A stretch of DNA of 21,383 bases from Octopus sinensis (GCF_006345805.1 NW_021823728.1:1-21383); one strand, 5' to 3'. Positions 1 to 12,032 are shown, counted from the first letter of the stretch. Numbers and translations: made by a program. Notes: generated by a model from the sequence alone, not told the origin.

Positions 1-1375
<1,375 letters not shown>

Positions 1376-1695
1376 CCATAATTTCTTTATTTTGCTGTAA
1401 AGTGTGACAGATAGTGGAGACATTACAAATCGCAAATAAGTAAATAGATAATACCCCCCCCCCTCCAAAAAATTAACCACCCCCCAGCCGCTCCCCAAAA
1501 ATAAAAAAAAAAATCGTTAGATTCATAATAATATTTAACATGAACAAAAATGGAATAAAAAAAAAACTAATGAAGTTGTTAACATGAAGGGTGTTGAGAA
1601 AAAAAAACAAAAGAACAAAAAAAAAACACAGAAAAAACAAAAACAAAGAAAGAAGGAAGAAAACTGATGAGAGTTCTCAAGTCGGAAATATGTAA

Positions 1696-1733
1696 ACACA
1701 CACATACATATATATATACATACATATACATAC

Positions 1734-1821
<88 letters not shown>

Positions 1822-2106
1822 TTATGTATATATATATATATATACATATATGTATATATATATATATACACCAACACAATATACATATATACATACATAC
1901 ACATATATGTATATATATACCTACATACACACAAACTTATATATACATATATATCTATATACATATACTATATATATATTCTGTATTAATATATATATAC
2001 ATACACATACCCACACATATATACATATATATGTAAATATATGTGTGTATGTATATATATATGTATATATATGTATATATATATATATGCATATATATAT
2101 ATACAC

Positions 2107-2159
<53 letters not shown>

Positions 2160-2200
2160 TATATATATGCATGTATGTCTGTATATATGTGTGTATGCGT
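1696..2200. repeat. Compound (TA)n/(TACA)/(TATG) microsatellite
   Basis: Directly visible; source of all the YI/IY-repeat ORFs. Confidence 0.95.
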
Positions 2201-2402
2201 GCATGTAACAAGGTTAATTGAAAATTCAGTTGAACACAGTGGAGCTATGTATGTCTGCCTTACACCATTGACTTCCTGGCAAGAGGGCGATTGGGACTTT
2301 GAAGCTCGCTTCCGGTTTACTCTGACGTCATGCTGGTGGAGAGGTGTGGCTGTCGGTGCTGGATACAATTGCTGGTGTAGCTGCTGTTACTGCTGCGTAT
2401 CA

Positions 2403-2693
2403 TTGCTGCTGTTGCCTCTGCTGTTGCTGTTGCTGCTGCTGACGATGATGATGATATTGTTGTTTAAATTGTTGGTGTTGCTATTTCGGTTGCTCTTGTT
2501 GTTGTTGTTGTTATTACTACGATACCTGTGATGCACGGATTTCGAAAAGTTAACTTTTTTCGTTCTCTTCTTCGTTTTCTCTCTTGTTCTTGAACGTCAT
2601 CTCCTTCATCCTCATCCTTCCCCTTCCTTCTCCATCTCCCCCTCCTCCCCCTCCTCCTAACAACAACAACAACAATAACAATAATAATAACAA

Positions 2694-2728
<35 letters not shown>

Positions 2729-2776
2729 CTACTACTACTACCACCACCACTACCACCACCACCGCCACCACCACCG

Positions 2777-2844
<68 letters not shown>

Positions 2845-2862
2845 GATGATGATGATGATGAT

Positions 2863-2904
<42 letters not shown>

Positions 2905-3184
2905 TATTATTATTATTATTATTATTATTGCATATGCAACCTTTTGTGCCCTTCAGCAATGAACACCAGCCAGCAGAATCAAGGAAATGATTCGGCTTGG
3001 GGAGTAGAACTGTCATCGCCTGCAACTATAGACCTCCAAGTGGCTCCGTCGGTGTGCAGAATTTCTCTGTTGACGCAATAGAAACCTCAGCTACTACCCC
3101 CGACATCACCATAACACCACCACCACCACCACCACTACCACCACCGCCACCACCGCCACCACAGCCGCCACCCTCTCCCACTAC

Positions 3185-3239
<55 letters not shown>

Positions 3240-3594
3240 ACTACTACTACTACTGCTGCTACTACTACTACAACAACTACTACTACTACTACTACTACTA
3301 CTGACAACAACAACAACAACAACATCATCTTCAACACATCAGTCAGCATCACTGACACCGCTATTACCACCATCATAACCACCACTGCCAACAACACCAC
3401 CGCTACCGCTATCACCATCACTCACCATCATCATCACCACTGTCATAACCACCTCTGCCACAACAAACACCATCACCAACATTATCAGTATCATAACCTG
3501 AACCATCGCCATTGATATCACTACTATGACTACTGCAGCCAACATCATCACAGACATCACCACTACCACCTTCTGGTACAGTCACTAACACGTC

Positions 3595-3637
<43 letters not shown>

Positions 3638-3665
3638 TATATTATATATATATATATATAATATA
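2403..3665. repeat. Mosaic of trinucleotide runs (CTG, GAT, GTT, CCT, AAC, ACT, ACC, AAT, TAT, GCT, ATC) ending in (TA)n 3597-3665
   Basis: Directly visible; interrupted by unique islands at ~2520-2640 and ~2930-3110. Confidence 0.9.
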
Positions 3666-3843
3666 AAATGGATCTTGAGATTGCGCCAATCTGACCACCC
3701 CAAGGAAAAACTAAGCTAAGAGCATTAGATTCATTGGAAAAGGATCGAATGAATACGAAACAAGGACAGAAAAACGGACGATGTTACACGAATATAAATA
3801 CAAAAAAACAAAAAACAAAAAAATAATACGAATATAAATACAA

Positions 3844-3902
3844 ATAATAATAATAATAATAATAGTAATAATAATAATGATAATAATAATAATAATAATA
3901 AT

Positions 3903-3958
<56 letters not shown>

Positions 3959-4205
3959 CAATAATGATGATGATGTTTATAATAATGATATTAATAATAA
4001 TAACAGGACATAACAACAGGCGTCTTTCGACAAGTGACGAATTGAATTCAGCTGGCGTATTGAGAATAAGCCTCATGGCAGACGAAAAGAACGATGTTAC
4101 CGTGCCCGTGGTCCGACGCAAAAGGGCTAGTCGGCCAGCGGTCACGTGAGAAGAGAAGAGAGAGAAAAAGAGGAGCAAAGGAATTAAGGAGGGGAGAATA
4201 TATAT

Positions 4206-4244
<39 letters not shown>

Positions 4245-4469
4245 TGATAAATGGTAAGACAACAAAAGAAAGAAAGAGACCTAGAAATTAAGTAAATAGA
4301 GGAATTTATCTGTAAATGTTATATGAGACAATTATTCGGTAGCCATGATAAAACCCCGAGTTTCGGATGCCGAGGTGGAAATCCACGCCGCCATCTCTTC
4401 AGTTATCCGACCATCCGAAACTCGGAGTTTTATCATGGCTACCGAATAGTTGTCTCATATTACATTTAC

Positions 4470-4540
<71 letters not shown>
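3844..4540. repeat. (AAT)n 3844-4012, (TA)n 4198-4243 and (TA)n 4472-4540
   Basis: Directly visible. Confidence 0.95.
4307..4474. mobile_element. Fold-back element / MITE-like long hairpin
   Basis: 63-bp arms 4307-4369 and 4412-4474 are reverse complements with 3 mismatches. The 42-nt loop contains a GTGGA-AA-TCCAC mini-hairpin. TA lies at both outer ends, and the right end runs into (TA)n. Confidence 0.8.
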
Positions 4541-4541
<1 letters not shown>

Positions 4542-5997
4542 TGATATGTAATGGTGTAATAAAGTATTGATTGGGTATCATCTGATAGTTGATGTTTTAT
4601 TGATTTAAGTATGTTTCTCCATTTTCTAATTTTGTAGTATTAATTTACGGTAATATTATTACCTTTACCCATATAATACAATAGATGAACTGATTGTTTG
4701 GCAATTTTTAACATCTATGTATTAGTCTTGTTGGGTACCTATCTAGCAGTATATTGGATATATGTTATCCCATGGTGGGTTGAATTTTCAACCCCTATCT
4801 CATTTTATAATATATATATATATATATATGTATGTATATATATATCACCATCGATTACATCACCTCCATTAGTACCCCATTACAAGATACACACCTCTAT
4901 AAACATTATCGAAACCCTTTTTATTATCAACATCACTATCAACATAACTATTACCTCCCTTTACTCCTTCTCATCTCTCCCGTTCATGTTCTCAGTCTTT
5001 CTACTTCTATAATCGCTTTTCTCACGTGAAATGCCAATCTAATTTTCTCTTTTTAAATTCTTGTGTTTCTACGCATTTTGCTTAATGAGTTAATTATTTT
5101 TTTTTAATGAGGAACGTTGAAGAATGAAGATAAGTTCAGAGAACACCGAGGTTGTGATGCAGTTTTGATTTTCGTTTGAATCAGTTCACTTGATTTATTA
5201 CTTACAGCTTTCTGTCTCCCACCCAATGTATTTTCCCTGTTTCTAGGAATTTCTTTTTATGACAAAAGATAGTGCCTTCACCCTTTCCAGAGTCTCTGGG
5301 AGTGGTAAGAAAGGAAGAAGTTATCTATAGAATGCAAACCTGAATCGAATGTTGGCAACAAAGGAGACTCCTTTAAAGACACTCCATGATCAGATGATTA
5401 TGCTTATTGAGCGGTAAACTAAATACTCCAAAATGATGTTTCTCGGTCGTATCGAAGGATTGAATCTCAAAGCATGTAAATGCGAAGAGAACTGATTAGT
5501 CCTATAGCCATACCTGTGTTCATATCACTATAGTAAAAATAACCAGAAACATCGCCGAACAGAAGATTCGAGACACTATCTGTTTATCGCCACAAGAAAT
5601 ATTTTCTGTTGCACAACTATCCGAAAAGTTCGCAGGAATTACTTAGCTTGTAGAGCCAAACATAGAGTTCAAGGCAAGCTAGTCCCTCCTGTTGTCATCC
5701 GTCGGTAAAAGTGAATATTCTGCATAATAGCAAAACCGGCGACCAGTCTCGATAGAATTTGTTAGGGTGTGTTGCACAACACAACCTGGCTGCTTCCGAC
5801 TAATATCAACCGACTCAGCAAGTGTCTTTTCAGCATAACTTATTCATCGTCTTATCTTTCATTGAACGCACGCGATGTGAAATTTGGTTCCCATTAAAAG
5901 CTTCACACCGCATGCCTGTTACGTATAAAATCTACACTGTATATTCATGCATCGAGTACATTTTCTTCAATTCCAAACAAATGGGAGTATATATATG

Positions 5998-6376
5998 TTT
6001 CAGTCATTTGACTGCAGCCATGTTGGAGCACCGTCTTAAAGGGTTTAAATCTAACAAATCGACTTCAGGACTTATATTCTAAGGCCTGGTAATTATTCTA
6101 TCGGGCTCTTTTGGTGTAGCGCAAGTTACGGGGATGTAAGCACACCAACATCGGTTGTCAAGCGGTGGAAGAGGGCAAATAAGACAAATACACAAATATG
6201 CGCGCGCGTGCACACACATATACGATGGGTTTCTTTTAGTTTCCATCTGCCAAATACACTCAGAATAGTTTGGTAGGCCTGCAGATATAGCAGAAAACGC
6301 TTGCCCAAGGTGCCATGCAGTGGGACTGAACGCGAGACAATGTGATTGGGAAACAATCATCTTACCACACAGTCAT
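5998..6376 (-). mobile_element. tRNA-derived SINE, family B (CORE-like; OR1/OR2-like by recall)
   Basis: Collinear with 7670-8087 and 16206-16596. The minus strand reads GTTCAGTCCCACTGCATGGCACCTTGGGCAAG (B-box-like motif followed by a CORE-like CCTTGGGCAAG). Internal CA/CG-rich microsatellite at ~6188-6220. Confidence 0.85.
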
Positions 6377-6571
6377 ATATATATACATATATACATATAT
6401 ATATATATGAGTGTGTGTGTGTGTGTACGTATGTAAGTATGTGTATGTATGTACGCATGTATGTATATATGCACGTATATAGATATAGAAAGAAAAGACA
6501 CGTTGAAACTTGTAGTCTTTCAAAAGATTTATGCACATTTACATGCAACAGGCTTCAAAATTACATTATTT

Positions 6572-6618
<47 letters not shown>

Positions 6619-6901
6619 ATACGTATTAGTTTTCGGTTACTGAGTTAAATGACCTAAGTTTTTTTAATGTGAGAAGTCGTTGTGCCTCCGGGAGCGTATT
6701 TCTATTTCAAAGCTCCAGTCATTTCCATTTCTTTGCTTACAGTAGTGGTTTATTGTCGTAAAATATTTTAAGGAAAGGGAAGTACGGAGTGCATTGCGCC
6801 TTTTCCGAAAGGTCATAAAGATATAAATAAGACGAAATGGATTTTAATGTGGGATTGAAATCGCATCGCATTAACAGTTTCCCCGAAAACTCACCTCTTA
6901 C

Positions 6902-6940
6902 TCTACGGCGTTCGCCATTTCTGTCTTCATGTTATCCATT
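6902..6940 (-). other. Candidate 39-nt exon of an unidentified host gene
   Basis: Minus strand TCACCGTTTCAG|aATGGATAACATGAAGACAGAAATGGCGAACGCCGTAGA|GTAAGAG|GTGAGT; encodes MDNMKTEMANAV. Splice-motif evidence only. Confidence 0.3.
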
Positions 6941-7406
6941 CTGAAACGGTGATTTACCAAATTGCTCCTAATTAATGTCAATTGATAGAAAAGCCAGGGG
7001 CTTTTATGAAAACAATGACGCAGATTGATACGGGAAAAGCAACACTTAAAAGTTAAAGTGTGTTATTTAAACATGTTTAAGCATTTGCTATGAAAAGAAT
7101 TAATCTGAAAGTTGTATCTGTCTGACGCATGCACGCGCCATTTGCAAATACCAAAGCGTAACATTTTGAAATATGGCTGTAAAAATATCATTATTTAAAA
7201 TTTCAAATTATTCTGTAAGCGATCAGTTAGAGATAACACTATTATAGTTATGTCAAAAGAAGATAAATTTAGATTTGTAAAATCGATAATCAGTTGATGT
7301 AAAGATTTATTAAACTGAATTGCTTCAGTTCATTTCAAACAGATACTACTTCTAAGATTTCATTAGCATATTGGTACACAAATGCACTTAAACAGAAACG
7401 CTTAAA

Positions 7407-7433
7407 TCCATCCATCCATCCATCCATCCATCC

Positions 7434-7497
<64 letters not shown>

Positions 7498-7514
7498 GTC
7501 TGTCTGTCTGTCTA

Positions 7515-7548
<34 letters not shown>

Positions 7549-7650
7549 AGTCTGTCTGCTTGTCTGTCTATCTATCTATCTATCTATCTACCCACGCATA
7601 TGTGCATTCATCCATCCATCCATCCATCAATCCATCCATCCACACATCCA
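7407..7650. repeat. Compound tetranucleotide array (ATCC)-(ATCT)-(GTCT)-(ATCT)-(ATCC)
   Basis: Directly visible. Confidence 0.95.
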
Positions 7651-7669
7651 TAAATGATCCATCTATACT

Positions 7670-8087
7670 CTTTTACTATTTTACTTGTTTCTGTCATTTG
7701 CCTGTGGCCATGCTGGAGCACCGCCTTTAGTTGAGCAAATCGACCCCAGGACTTATTCTTTGTAAGCCTAGTACTTATTCTATCGGTCTCTTTTACCGAA
7801 CCGCTAAGTTACGGGGACGTAAACACACCAGCATCGGTTGTCAATCAATGTTGGCGGGACAAACACAGACATACAAACATACACACACACACATACTCTC
7901 ACACACACACATATAAATATATATATACGACGGGCTTTCAGTTTTCGTCTACCAAATCCACTCACAAGGATTTGGTCGGCCCGAGGCTATAGTAGAAGAC
8001 ATTTGCTCAAGGTGCGACGCAGTGGGACTGAACCCAGAGTCATGTGGTTGGTAAGCAAGCTACTTACCACACAGCCAGTCCTATGCC
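7670..8087 (-). mobile_element. tRNA-derived SINE, family B
   Basis: Minus-strand head GGCATAGGACTGGCTGTGTGGTAAG...GGTTCAGTCCCACTGCG, CORE-like centre, internal (CA)/(TA) microsatellite ~7863-7930, tail of AGTAAAA-type repeats. Confidence 0.9.
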
Positions 8088-8093
8088 TATACA

Positions 8094-8124
<31 letters not shown>

Positions 8125-8237
8125 GCATTTTTTCTATTTTCATATCTATGTATTGGACATAAGAGGTTAAAAATATAGGCAAATATACTTTTAAAAAGCG
8201 AACAGTGTGTATTTTAGTGTGTAAATAAAGTTGAAAT

Positions 8238-8498
8238 ACGTAAAGTATACTAGCCATCTCAATATGGCTAACCACTAAGGGTGGGTGTTACTGTAGCTTT
8301 TAGCCCCAGGAGATCATCGTCTCCAGCTGGCTTTAGGCACACTTTCTGTGCCCTCATGGTATTTGCTTTAGGCACACTTTCTGTGCCCTTATGGTATTTG
8401 CTTTAGGCACACTTTCTGTGCCCTTATGGTATTTGCAAAGGGATGAGCACCCACCCTTTAGTGGTTAGCCATATTGAGATGGCTAGTATACTTTACGT
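8238..8498. mobile_element. MITE-like element with ~50-bp inverted arms and internal 35-bp tandem hairpin repeats
   Basis: Arms 8238-8287 and 8448-8498 are exact reverse complements apart from one 1-nt indel. Both outer ends are ACGT. Confidence 0.8.
8330..8436. repeat. 3 x 35-bp minisatellite, each unit with a GGCACA-CTTTC-TGTGCC hairpin
   Basis: Units 8330-8364, 8365-8399 and 8400-8434 are GCTTTAGGCACACTTTCTGTGCCCT(C/T)ATGGTATTT, with a single substitution among them. Confidence 0.95.
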
Positions 8499-8941
8499 TG
8501 TCGAGCAGTTACTGTTTACATCTCATTCAGAGATTTATTAAAGTTGAAATAATTTTACATGTATACGTTTGTTAAATATAAGAAGCGTTGCTGTGCAAAT
8601 TGATCCTATGGCTACATTACAGTACTTACTTTGCAAAAAGAGTTGAAGGACAGCTCGACTAGTTTCGCGTGGTCCCTTTGATGTCACATGAGAGAGAGAG
8701 AGAGAGAGAGCAAGAGAGTGAGAGAGAAAGAGAGAAATAGAGAGAGAGAGAGAGAGAGAAGGAGAGGGAGAAGATTAGGAAGATATAACATAAAATACTC
8801 AAGAAAACTGTTACATGTTTTACTTATTTGCAAATGCGTGTGTTTTTTTTTTGGTGGCAAATATTTCTAATTAAACACCGACACAGCCTGAGCGTATGTG
8901 TGCGTGTGCATATGTGTGTGGATAACTTATGTAAAACATTT

Positions 8942-9459
8942 TTTGTGACCCCCTTCGGTCATGAATGACCATGGGATTGCACCTAGAAAGTTACCCTCCC
9001 AGGCACAAGTCTGGGCAAGGTTGTTTATGGAAGATCAGCAATCGCCCACGCATACCAGCCTCACCTCGCCACCGATGTTATCCAAGGGAAAGGCAAAGGG
9101 GCCGATACAGCACCAGTTACGTCGCAGCTCATTTATTAACGTGCAAGTGGCTGAACACTCCACAGACACGTGTACCCTTAACGTAGTTCTCGGTGAGATT
9201 CAGCGTGACACAGAGTGACAAGGCTGGCCCTTTGAAATACAGGTACAACAGTAACAGGAAGAAAGAGTGAGAGAAAGTTGTGGTGAATGTGTACAGCAGG
9301 GTTCACAACCACCCTCTGCCGGGGCCTCGTGAAGCTTTAGGTGTTTTCGCTCAATAAACACTCACAATGCCCGGTCTGGGAATCGAAACCGCGATCCTAT
9401 AACCGCGATCCTATGACCGCGAGTCCGCTGCCCTAACCACTGGGCCATTGCGCCACCAA
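8942..9459 (-). mobile_element. tRNA-derived SINE, family C (~520 bp)
   Basis: Minus-strand head GGTGGCGCAATGGCCCAGTGGTTAGGGCAGCGGACT with A-box TGGCCCAGTGG and B-box GGTTTCGATTCC, and a short A-rich end. 11-bp TSD GTAAAACATTT at 8931-8941 and 9460-9470. Confidence 0.88.
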
Positions 9460-9851
9460 GTAAAACATTTACAAGTCATTAAATATACATTTAGCTTCAC
9501 TGTGTGAATAGACCATGTTCAGAACGAACCAAAGAACAACTCGACTAATTTCGCCTTGTTACTAAAGGCACTCATTCAAATTTAATCCCTCTAACAAGAA
9601 CAAATATTTCATATTGTAAGGCGTGAGATGTGTGATATTCATTCATGCCTTTCCCGTCCGCCTCTTTTAGCTTTCATTTATTTATTGACTGGTTTTAATC
9701 ATGGTGAACTATTTCTTTCAAGACTCAATCGTCTCAACGCCTGTATTCATTTGATTCACTTTGCAACTTATTTCATTTACAAATATTTAGGGAATAGCTA
9801 GGTTTACCTTTTTTTGATACATTTTTACGCACACATGCTCGCACGTGCACA

Positions 9852-9886
<35 letters not shown>

Positions 9887-9895
9887 GCGCGCACA

Positions 9896-9990
9896 CACAG
9901 TCGGGTTTTAGCACAGTTTCTGCTGCTTATCATATCGAACATATAAGGTATTAGCTATTTTAAGGCTACTGTAGAAGACACTTGTACTGA
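9896..9990 (-). mobile_element. Degenerate family B SINE fragment next to a (CA)n run
   Basis: AGGCTACTGTAGAAGACACTTG (9963-9984) matches family B AGGCTATAGTAGAAGACA(C)TTG. Upstream TCGGGTTT...CAGTTTC matches the segment after the internal microsatellite. Confidence 0.55.
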
Positions 9991-10404
9991 AGCTATGGCG
10001 ATCACGAAGCAATTTTTTCCATCTCTAAATTTCAAATATTGATCACTTTAATAAATAACTAAACTTACTATTAAACTACTTTTCATATAACCTGGCTCTC
10101 TTATTTGATGTACATTGTTTTAACAGCACTAGCAGTTATCAAGAAATGGAGTCTGAGTGGCTTACTATAACCTAATATCAATAGTACTGTGAGGAGAACT
10201 TTACTATAATTACAGCGATAACAAAGTAAAATAAATTCTCGTCTTGTGTGGTAATTTAACAGGAAGCCTACGTTTCCCTTTATCAGCACTTATTTTTGTT
10301 TCAGTGATGAGTATATGAATGAAAATCGAAAGCAAAAGCCTACTACTTTGTCAATATAATCAATTGGTTGGAAAATCTGATGCTGTGAATAGCTAAAAAA
10401 AAAC

Positions 10405-10516
10405 TACACCCGCTGTCTGAAAAGTGATGTCAGATTCGGATTCAGCACCCTAAAATTACCCTAAATCAGTTTAAAAAGTTTAAATAGCATGACAAATTTT
10501 TTTTTGTTTCCCAGTG
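10405..10516. mobile_element. Possible single terminus of a CAC...GTG-ended DNA transposon (Chapaev/Transib-like)
   Basis: Ends TTTTTTTGTTTCCCAGTG|TTAT and is preceded by CAGATTCGGATTCAGCACCCTAAAATTACCCTAAA, which I recall from invertebrate DNA-transposon ends. No partner TIR found in the window. Confidence 0.25.
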
Positions 10517-10608
10517 TTATGTATCTCGTGTTTTACGTATCATAAAAAAACAATTATCTGTTACTGTCGTGACTAACTCGTAATATATGAAATATATGAT
10601 AAAGGAGC

Positions 10609-10830
10609 GTAGGACGGCGAGCTGGCACATCGGGCGAAATGCGTAGCGGTATTTCGGCTGCCGTTACGTTCTGAGTTCAAATTCCGCCGAGGTCGACTTT
10701 GCCTTTCATCCTTTCGGGGTCGATAAATTAAGTACCAGTTACGCAGTGGGGTCGATGTAACCGACTTAAGCCCTTCGTCTGTCCTTGTTTGTCCCCTCTG
10801 TATTTAGCCCCTTGAGGACAATAAAGAAAT
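10609..10830 (+). mobile_element. tRNA-derived SINE, family A (Meta-domain-like core)
   Basis: Head GGCGAGCTGGCA, B-box-like GAGTTCAAATTCC, core GCCTTTCATCCTTTCGGGGTCGATAAATTAAGTACCAG, A-rich tail. 19-bp TSD with one mismatch: AAATATATGA(T/G)AAAGGAGC at 10590-10608 and 10831-10849. Confidence 0.9.
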
Positions 10831-11480
10831 AAATATATGAGAAAGGAGCATTTTTTTCAATTATAATTACCATAAAATGTATCATATTGCCTTTTCTTTT
10901 TGTTATTTGCACAGCAGTAAAAGAGGAACATATACATTTGATTACTGAATAAAGAGGAAGAAATTACCAGAGTTGTATTTTTGTACCATTATTGTCCTAA
11001 CGGTGCCATATGGTACCTGGGTTTATTTAAGAATGTATTTTGAATTTTACATTTCAAATCAATGTAACTGGTGTTTAAACTAACCCTGAAACAAAGTTTC
11101 AGCAAAATCAGATATAAAATGCTATTCTCGCAACAAATAGGTTAAGGTGACAACAAATGATGTTAACTAAATGGAACGCTTGAATGTATTGTTGTTGAAA
11201 GTTTCACATTTATACAAAAGGTTAATGATTATTGCGTAATTTTTCTGATTGTTACTAGCAACGTAACACAAGTGAAACTCTTACAACCCAGAGATGAAAA
11301 CAGCATCACATAAAGCACTCACTTAGAGTTTAACTTTATCATACGATGTTCTGCAAGAATTTATTATAACGTTCTCAACTGACAACTTTACGATTGATTT
11401 AATCGGGGTGTTTTATGTTTAAGCAAAATTTCGTCAACCACGACCACCACCATCTTCACCGCCACCCTCACCATAATACC

Positions 11481-11713
11481 TATTTCTTTACTACCCACAA
11501 GGGGCTAAACACAGAGGGGACAAACAAGGACAGACAAAGAGATTAAGTCGATTACATCGACCCCAGTGCGTAACTGGTACTTAATTTATCGACCCCGAAA
11601 GGATGAACGGCAAAGTCGACCTCGGCGGAATTTGAGCTCAGAACGTAACGGCAAACTAAATACGGCTACGCATTTCGTCCGGCTTGCTAACGTTTTTGCC
11701 AGCTCGCCCCCAT
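11481..11713 (-). mobile_element. tRNA-derived SINE, family A
   Basis: Reverse complement of the 10609-10830 family along its full length. TSD CATAATACC at 11472-11480 and 11714-11722. Inserted into a decayed (CAC/CAT/GTC)n tract. Confidence 0.9.
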
Positions 11714-11878
11714 CATAATACCATCATCATCGTCAACTCCACTGCCGCCTTAGTCGTCGTCGCCATCATCATCGCCGTTCATTCTTACGAATTCTCTCTT
11801 GTCTTTAACTATTTTCCCCTCTAACCGAATCCCACAATCCCATTTCATTTATTTCTTCTAGAATATAGTATACCGTTT

Positions 11879-11917
<39 letters not shown>

Positions 11918-11995
11918 ACACACACACACACACAAACACACACATAGACACAGACACACAGACACACAGACATAAATGCTTGTTACGCATATTTA

Positions 11996-12032
<37 letters not shown>

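Noticed and set aside
1664-1690. Hammerhead ribozyme core CTGATGA...GAAA (also CTGACGA in element Y near 12441)
   Set aside because: I could not form stem II or stems I/III by eye; a covariance-model search would be needed.
5200-5990. Repeat-free stretch considered as a decayed LINE or exon
   Set aside because: The frames I translated (about 5640-5880) gave only short open stretches with no recognisable RT, endonuclease or other motif; left unannotated.
8330-8436. CRISPR-like palindromic 35-bp repeats
   Set aside because: The units are directly adjacent with no spacers, there are no cas genes, and the context is eukaryotic. It is a minisatellite inside a fold-back element.
9380-9459. tRNA gene (also the SINE heads near 8030-8087, 10612-10690 and 19512-19600)
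   Set aside because: A/B boxes are present but no complete cloverleaf; they continue into SINE bodies, and three of the four copies listed have readable TSDs.
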